Source: an uncultured virus (IMG/VR IMGVR_UViG_3300031673_013668)
Taxonomy: Duplodnaviria > Heunggongvirae > Uroviricota > Caudoviricetes
Direction: 5' to 3' (one strand)
Length of the DNA: 64,000 nt
IMG/VR virus record: IMGVR_UViG_3300031673_013668
Shown: positions 56,435-64,000 of the stretch, piece by piece
How positions within the stretch are numbered: the stretch's first letter is position 1
Layout of the letters: every line of letters starts with the position of its first letter
The notes under the pieces: model-generated
What the model saw: only the letters and a program-made list of their open reading frames with translations
The model's database searches: none
What the model was told of the DNA's origin: nothing
Program-made: the position numbers and the translations under genes

Positions 56435-57205
56435 TTACTTCTCATAATTATGCATATACTTTCTTAATGCTCTATTAATAGAAGTGGGATAACATTTCAT
56501 AATTTGTGCGATTTCCTTAAATTTCTTTCCTTTCATTCGAAGCATAATCATTTTCTCAATATCTTGTTTACTGAATCTTACTCTCTGCCTACATTTTTCA
56601 TAATCTTTCATCTCTTTTTTTAATGTTCTTGCTATTGCGAATCTCTTAAATCCGAGAATTTGCCCAATTTCCTCATTTGTTATTTTCTTTTTTTTTAAAA
56701 TTATCATTTTCTCAATATCTTGTGGTGTAATCCACCTTTTTATTTTATATGCCTCATAATCGTGCATATTCTTTTTCAAGATCTTTCCTACTGTATCAAA
56801 ATGATAACCCATACTCTGAGCAATCTCCTTATTTGTCATCCTCCTCTTCTTTAATTCAATCATCTTTCTAATCTCTTTATATTTCCTACTGATTTTAATA
56901 AGAGTCTCTATTTTATATACACATTTATATTTTTCACACAATTGTTTTTTATCTAATTTTAATGAATCTCGATAAAACTGCTCGAAAGAGATAGTATTCA
57001 TCTTAAACCATTTTAGTAAATATATTTCTCTTCCCTTCTTCAAGACACCTTCTTGCTCTAACCAAAGTTGAATTAATTGAACTGAGCATTTATTTTCTAA
57101 ATAAGATTGAATCTCTCGAAAGGTCATATATTCTTCAAGATATAACCTCTTAATCTTATATAAATAGAAAATCCTCTTTTCTTCAACCAAATTTATTGCC
57201 TTCAT
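56435..57205 (-). CDS. Tandem multi-HTH DNA-binding protein, paralog of 35956..37071
   Basis: Shared LYLEE.MTF.EI...LLKWFK.N.ISF..FY..SLK...QLCEKY.C. Confidence 0.8.
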   Translation of the reverse strand: MKAINLVEEKRIFYLYKIKRLYLEEYMTFREIQSYLENKCSVQLIQLWLEQEGVLKKGREIYLLKWFKMNTISFEQFYRDSLKLDKKQLCEKYKCVYKIETLIKISRKYKEIRKMIELKKRRMTNKEIAQSMGYHFDTVGKILKKNMHDYEAYKIKRWITPQDIEKMIILKKKKITNEEIGQILGFKRFAIARTLKKEMKDYEKCRQRVRFSKQDIEKMIMLRMKGKKFKEIAQIMKCYPTSINRALRKYMHNYEK

Positions 57206-57536
57206 TATTTCAAATTCACAAAAACCTACTTTTAAATAAATCTGAAGTTATTTTAAATAATGTTTAAAATATTATAATCCTTCATTTAAAAAAATTCAAT
57301 CAAAGTATATTTATTTTGCCCACATTCACACACATATTCATCATAGAAACATTCATCATCTTCATTCACTCTAATCTTTTTCAAGTCTTCTATTTTATTC
57401 TCTTTATTACAATTCAAACAGATAAATGTAATTGGCATAAATATAAAAGAGTTATAGGGAATATAAGTTTAAGTTTGTTTGAAATTAATAAATTATTAAA
57501 AATAATATAAAAACAAAATAAAGAAAGGTGATACAA

Positions 57537-57959
57537 ATAAAAAAAACAACATTCTCACTCGGTTCATCTTTAATAGAGGCTTTTTCTAATCCGGTCTTTG
57601 TAATAATCACAATGCTAAGTTGTAGTGTGATTGTTGCGTTATTCCTTTATTACTTTCCAGAGATCAGCATTTGGTATCGCAGAGTTTTAAAAGAATTTAT
57701 TCAAACAAAAAGATTCTTTAATAAATGCTGGAAACAGGCAACAATAAAAGAGAAAGGATTCTACTATTTTTATACAAGTATTACTTATATTATCACTATG
57801 ATCTGCATTGTAGGGGCATTCCTTCTCATTCCATATAACTATTTAATGTGTATAATCCTTTTAGCATGCATTTTAACAATTGTATATTTATGGACAAGAT
57901 GGGAAAATCATTTCTATAAGATCCTTGAAGAAAGAGTACTTTCAAAAAAAGAGACATAG
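57537..57959 (+). CDS. Three-TM membrane protein
   Basis: Hydrophobic helices; ATA 5 nt after AGGTGA (alternative GTG 57528). Confidence 0.6.
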   Translation: MKKTTFSLGSSLIEAFSNPVFVIITMLSCSVIVALFLYYFPEISIWYRRVLKEFIQTKRFFNKCWKQATIKEKGFYYFYTSITYIITMICIVGAFLLIPYNYLMCIILLACILTIVYLWTRWENHFYKILEERVLSKKET

Positions 57960-58706
57960 AAGAATATTCGATAAATATAAATCATGTCTGAAAAAGAACC
58001 TCTAAAATGGGAAATGAAGATATTTGTCATAGCAGGTGATATCGCTTCTGGCCTTACTACTGAGATTAGATTTTTTTTAAATTCTGATCAATTTGAACTA
58101 ACAGACAAAAAAACTCATTTTCAAGCAACATATAAAAAAAATTAATTTAGAACCACAAAAAAAGGCAAATTTCAATCATTTTTTTTCTTAATTATATTTT
58201 CTATATTTGTGATGACAAATTATATTTTATACTTAATAACTAACCCTCACCAATCTTTATATATTAATATAACTATTCATTAATTAGACTTTGAGAAATA
58301 TCAATATTTAGGAAATTATTTAATAAAAAACATAATAAAAAGAATAAAAAAATATGGTGTGGGAGGAGAGTGAAAATGATCATTCAATTAACGAAACAGA
58401 AAACAAATCATCGAATAAATTATCGCTTTCAGTCACCAATGATCGGACTCGACCATTCATAAAAAACCATTAAAAGAATATCTCTGAGTTTGAGAGATAA
58501 TTCAAAATTAATAACAAAAAGTTGAGAGAAACATCAAACATTATTAATGATCTTCTTCATACACACCACATAAAATAACCATAAAAAAGTATTAAATAAA
58601 TCAAAAAACTTGAATAAAAAATAAAAATATTAATGATAAAAAAAAGGAAGTGACCTAAAAAATGGAAAAAGAAAAGAAAAAAAACAACAGAGAGGTGTTA
58701 TAGGAC

Positions 58707-61700
58707 ATGGTTGAATTAATATCCAACATACTCTCTTCAGTCTCAAACATAATTCCAATTGCTTTACTCCTTATCTCTGTATATGGAATAACCAAACCTG
58801 GGGGACTAAGGCAACTAGTCTTTTGGATTGGCTTTACTATAGTTTCCTTTGTTATTTTGCTTATCTTTTTTTGGGAATTTATGAAAGGAATAACTTCGGT
58901 ATCTATTTTTCTTCTTATAATAAGCATTCCTTTAGGATATATTGTTTTATGGGACTTAGGGCTTATCTTATATTCTTATTTTAAAAACAAAAAAATAAAT
59001 AAAAAGGTAAATCAATAGTTGAGGGGGTGAGAAAAATGGAACAAACTGAGAAAGAAAAAGGAGAAAAAAGGAGTGCTCTATTAAATAAATGGAATAAATT
59101 AGAGGATCTATTCTCAATTATAGCTCTTATCTGGTTTTCCTTACTCATATATATTACAATCCATATAATCTTTATAGCGAGAATAATTGATCCTATGAAT
59201 GTAATCAGAAACAATAACCCAACCATAAATATATGGATTCTAATTATAGATATACTTATCGTTTTCATGATACTCTCTCTATGGATTATTAAAATAAGAA
59301 GGGATGCTATTATGAAACAAATAGAAGACATTAAAATATACTACAATATTAAACCTCAAGAAAAAATAAGGAGAGATGTAGGAAAGAATGATTGAAGTAG
59401 TCTCCTATTTAATTCTAATTTCCTTAATGTTTGTCTCTTTTTATGGTGTGTTCAATTCTGATACGATGAGAAAATTACTCTTCTGGACGATCTTTGTTTT
59501 TATTCAATTAATTATACTCCTTTTTACATGGATTTTCTATGGGGTTATATGGCTTGTCTATTGGGTATCACAAGGAAGAATATTTTCAATCAATATGTTA
59601 TTGCTTATAACAATAATCTCTTTAGGAGCGTATATAATTTTATGGGAAGGATATGTTTTGCTATCTCTCAGATATAAAAAAGAAAGGATATATCTCAGAT
59701 ATAAAAAAGAAAAGGTGTGAAAACATGCATTTACATTTAAATAAAGCAGAAATAACAGCTATTTTGAATTTAATTGATTTTTATCATATAAATAATGATA
59801 TGATTGCAGAAGCACTTGCATCTTTTATCGATAAGATTAATATGGAAATTAGAGATCGGGATAACCTTTTGGATGAAAAAGTATGCACATTGATAGAAGT
59901 GTCCGATGAAGTCAAATATTTAAAGAAAAGGTGTGAAAAATAGATGGGGCAGTATAATTTTCTATATAATATATATTTTGGTGTGCTTTCAATCTTATGT
60001 AGTATTTTATGTTTAATTCTTTATGGAGTATTCGATTATGGGAGTGGGATTGCCGAAGTATTCAACAGGATTATATATATAACGCTTATTTGTACTTTAT
60101 TCTTTTTTGGTATAGCTTTGATATTTTGGTATCTTTTCTCCGAATATGAAATCTCTTTTAAAACAAAAAATAAAAAAGAAGAGGTGTGAAATATAAAGTG
60201 AGAAAACCTGATCTATATGATATAATTACTTTTGGTGCTAGTTTATTTGCGATATGTTTTGGTATTTGGGTAATTTCTATAAGCGATCTTTTTGATCCTC
60301 CTTCAATTGCAATCTTCTTTGGAACTATGCTTATTTTAGGAGGGATTATAGTTGACATATTAACAATATGACCAGTATCTTTTATTATAAAATCAATCAA
60401 ATTGAAGAATTAATTGGGGATATAATCAATAAAAGAAAGAAAAAGATGGGATATTATATTCTCGGAGTAGTAATATTAACTTTGGGTACTGCACTTATAG
60501 GAGTTAGTGTGGTTATTTATATTACATATAACCTTGGGATGATCTGAAAATATATTTAAATATAAAAAGGAATAAAAAATAAATTATTAATGATAAAAAA
60601 AAGGAAGTGTCCTAAAAAATGGAAAAAGAAAAGAAAATAATCTTACTAAGTATTGTTATAATGATGGGTTGTTGGCTATGCTTTTTTGCTCTGTTTCTTG
60701 ATGAACTTATAAAAAGCTACTCGCTATTATTAGTCTCTTTCAATTCGGAAGTGTTTGTTTATAGCTTTATCGGAGCCCTTCTAATATCAGGGCTTCTCAT
60801 TTCTTTAATAATCCTTATATGGGAAGAGGAAAAATTAAGTCTCAAGAATTTACTTTATTATATAAAAGAAAAGAATAAAGAAGAAATCGAAGAGAAGGTG
60901 TGAAGAATGAGAAGCGCATGGTATCAAATGTTCTTGTATTTATGTTTTACTATTATTCTCTGTATTATTGCATGGATTATTGTTTTTAACCCTGAGTTTT
61001 TTAACTCTGAGATCTCCTTTTATTATCCCTCTTATGATTTTCCCCCTCTCTTTCCCCATGATCTAATAAATTATATTGATGTATTTTATGTGACTATTCT
61101 TTTCATTGTTCTCATACCTATTTTCACATGGCTCATGCTTATATTTCATAAAAGAGTTTTACATTTTATTAATAAAAAAAAGAATGAAAAAAGAAATAAT
61201 GGGGATTCTTTAATATGACCGAGCCAGAGACTTTAGAATCGCTTTCAGGTAAATATTCGCATTTGTTGCAGTATAAATCTATCCAGAATTATTTAGATAA
61301 TGCGATCGGTTCAAAAAACACGAAGATTTCAAGAAATATTACCCTTTTAGAAAAGATTAAGGATAAACAACTTCATAATTATCTCCGGGGGATTGAGCTT
61401 TTTTTTGAATATGCAAAACAATTTACGGATCCAGAACAGATTTTAATATATTATGATGGGATTGCTGCTGATAGAAGTAAGGTAGCAGAATTTCAGAAAC
61501 TAGTGGATACTTATATTGTATGGCTTTCAAAAGAAAAAGGATATTCGGACAGTACCGCCTCAACATATCAGGCTCAATTCAGAGGTTTTTTAAGATGGAA
61601 CTTTATTAATATTCGTTTTCGCAATTATGAAAGCGATTCCGAAAAAAAGAAACTACGAGATAAATTAGGGATCACGCATGAAATTCTAGTGGAGATGGCA

Positions 61701-63775
61701 AATAGGCTTCGAACGTATATTTCAAAAACCAAGCAATTTGATTTATATTTATTTACTAATTGGTTACATATTTCAGGATTAGGGAGCACAGAACTTTTAA
61801 GACTAAAATTCTCAGATATAAGACCAAAATTCTTGAGTACGAGACTCCAAGATAATGACTTTATCGAATTATCAAAACGCAGAAAGAAAACAAATATCTC
61901 CTTCACTACGTTCATTTATGGTGAAGTTAAAAACGTTCTTATTATTTATTTGAGACACAATAGTGATAAGCCCGAGACAGAGCGCCTTTTTGGTCCTACA
62001 AAAAGAGCATATAATCGATTATATGCGAAATTCCAGGATAATGTTACTAATATGATTAAAGATTATTATCCCGAATGGTTAAATGATCATAATAAAAATT
62101 CTCTTTTTACATTCCATACATACCGGCATAATTTCATTACTGCGAGACAAATAATAGGCATCCCTGATAATATTGGCCAGTTATTTGTTGCTCACAAAAG
62201 TCCTGATCCTGAAAGAAAATATTTTGATCCCTCTACCTTAATCGACTATTTCAAAAAAATTCAAAAAGCATTATTTATCGATTTAAATCCAATAGAAAAG
62301 GTGTGAAATGTGAGAAAAGAAGATAAAAGACAAGAAGAATTAATGAAAAAATACCCTAATGGGATATCATTACAGGATCAAGTTTATGAATTTGAAGATA
62401 AGTGGAAAAAAGATAACATAAAACAACTTCTTTTCAATATTTTCAATAGCTTTATGGTATTATCATTTGTATTTATCTTTGTATATTCTATTTATGACTG
62501 GAATCTTCTCTCAATTGAGAATAGTGAGACTTTTTTTATCTTAATTATGATGGGTTTTGTTTCAGGATTATTCTTTCTATTATTTATCTTTATAATCTAT
62601 TTTTCTATCATCGATTTTAAGCAAAATATTCAACTTAGAAAAGCAATGAAACAATTAGCAAAAATCAGAAATAAAAAGGTGTGAAGAAAATGAATGAAGA
62701 GAATATTCTGATTCAATGGACTGATAAAGCGATAAAGATAACGGTAGAATGTGATTGCGAAGATTCTAAGTTATTTTATAGTTTTTATATATCTTTGTTC
62801 TCATTATTATAAAAAAAGGTGAAAAAAAAAGAATGAATATGGAGGATATTGGGGTAAAATATGATATAGGAAACCTTAATGATCTAAATAAACCCCAATG
62901 GGATGGAGTATATTTCTATATAGTTGATAATGAAAAAGCAAATAATATATTAAAAGAAAAGGTGTGAAAAGTGGGCAAACAAAGATATTTATATAAACAT
63001 ATGATGCTCTATATTATCATTTCATTCATTATTCTTGGTTATTTTGAATGGATTATTGTAACTCTTTATTTATCATATCTCCTACTATTTTTAAAGACTG
63101 AGTTGGAATTTAATCTTACATTTATGTTTTTTACAGCAGTTTATTTAGATTTTATTTTAATTATTTTAATTATTTATTTTCTAAAAATTACTTATTCAAA
63201 GAAGGTATGAAAGCTGAAACAAAAAAAAGAAAAGGTGTGAAAATAAATGGTGTATTGGTCTGAGTTTTGGTCTTGGTATTTATGGTTTTTAACATTCATG
63301 CTTGGAGTCGCATTAGGATTTGGTTCAAGAGAAATTATTACAAATTTAAAGAATTTAAAGAAATGGTTTAATCATATTTATAGAAAAATGAAATTAAAAT
63401 CTCATAATATATGTTTTCAATGTGAAGGTTTCTTTAAACCAAATGAATTAATTGAATATGAAAAAATGAAATTATGTCCAAAATGCTATAAATTATATAC
63501 AGAATAAACTAAAGGTGTGAAATGTGAAAGAAAAAGTTAAATGGGAATGGAATCCAAATCCTTATGTAATATGTATATTTGTAATTGAACTCTTTATCAT
63601 AATTATTACAGGATTCCTTTATTGTTTTGGAATTGCACCATATGAATTCTTTATGTACTTGGGTTTAAATGTTATATTTATGTTTATTATTTTTCTTAGT
63701 TTTTCTTATCTAAATCAAAGGAGACTTCATAAAAGAAGGATAAGATATAAAGGAAACAATAAAGAGAAGGTGTGA
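58707..63775 (+). other. Array of small (60-125 aa) 1-3 TM membrane proteins
   Basis: About 11 hydrophobic ORFs, many ending in K-K-V, E-K-V or E-E-V encoded by the AGGTGTGA junction. Confidence 0.75.
61215..62306 (+). CDS. Tyrosine recombinase-family protein (first catalytic Arg replaced by Gly)
   Basis: SGLGSTE, RRKKT, FHTYRH, VAH, RKY. Confidence 0.8.
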   Translation: MTEPETLESLSGKYSHLLQYKSIQNYLDNAIGSKNTKISRNITLLEKIKDKQLHNYLRGIELFFEYAKQFTDPEQILIYYDGIAADRSKVAEFQKLVDTYIVWLSKEKGYSDSTASTYQAQFRGFLRWNFINIRFRNYESDSEKKKLRDKLGITHEILVEMANRLRTYISKTKQFDLYLFTNWLHISGLGSTELLRLKFSDIRPKFLSTRLQDNDFIELSKRRKKTNISFTTFIYGEVKNVLIIYLRHNSDKPETERLFGPTKRAYNRLYAKFQDNVTNMIKDYYPEWLNDHNKNSLFTFHTYRHNFITARQIIGIPDNIGQLFVAHKSPDPERKYFDPSTLIDYFKKIQKALFIDLNPIEKV

Positions 63776-64000
63776 AAAGTGAAACTTAATAAAGAGGATT
63801 TTAATGAACTTGATAAACTTCTAAATAAAATAGGATTTGGTTCTTATTATGATTGCCTTCAATTATTAAAAGATGCAATTTATAATTTAAGATCGGATCT
63901 TCAATGTAAATTAGAGAAAGAAACTGATCTTCTTGTTCTTGTTATGTTAGTTAATAAATTAAGTAAAGGAAGAAATGATTTAGATCAAATAATCAAAGAA

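Larger units (their letters stand above)
1..64000. mobile_element. Segment of a large archaeal virus or extrachromosomal/integrated element, probable Lokiarchaeia (Asgard) host
   Basis: Long co-directional runs of short orphan ORFs, multiple orphan MTases, tyrosine recombinases, ParB, Bro-N, MoxR/VWA; no housekeeping genes; archaeal TATA/SD signals; Loki-type GHCSNLQ domain. Confidence 0.75.

Noticed and set aside
59666..59712. 27-bp-period tandem duplication
   Set aside because: Two copies only; simple slippage at a gene end
1..64000. tRNA, rRNA, virion structural genes, reverse transcriptase/DGR, stop-codon reassignment
   Set aside because: No cloverleaf, terminase/capsid or YxDD motifs recognised; long genes read intact under the standard code

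Overview
AT-rich, gene-dense 64-kb segment of a large archaeal mobile element (virus or large extrachromosomal/integrated element), with no rRNA, tRNA, CRISPR, housekeeping or virion genes recognisable in this window. Archaeal-type TATA boxes (TTTAAATA/TTTATATA), GGTGA/GGAGG ribosome-binding sites and two copies of a domain I recognise from Lokiarchaeia proteins suggest an Asgard (Lokiarchaeia) host; this is an inference. Content: (i) a ~22-kb co-directional DNA-modification/repair block with five orphan amino-methyltransferases, a TGT/DpdA-like enzyme, two radical SAM enzymes, PRTase, NADAR, ASCH, HhH glycosylase-like, HNH and DinG/XPD helicase; many of these end in PIP-box-like tails. (ii) An intact IscB-omegaRNA IS200/IS605 element. 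(iii) Two atypical tyrosine recombinases, MoxR AAA+/VWA pair, ParB, Bro-N, PAPS-reductase-family genes and a stand-alone histone. (iv) Hypervariable small-ORF arrays, one encoding small membrane proteins. The most notable patterns are pervasive direct-repeat-flanked gene cassettes and repeated promoter/stem-loop elements, repeated use of ATA/ATT start codons, PCNA-targeting-like tails on modification enzymes, and several candidate structured ncRNAs. Family calls come from motif recognition only; no database searches were run.
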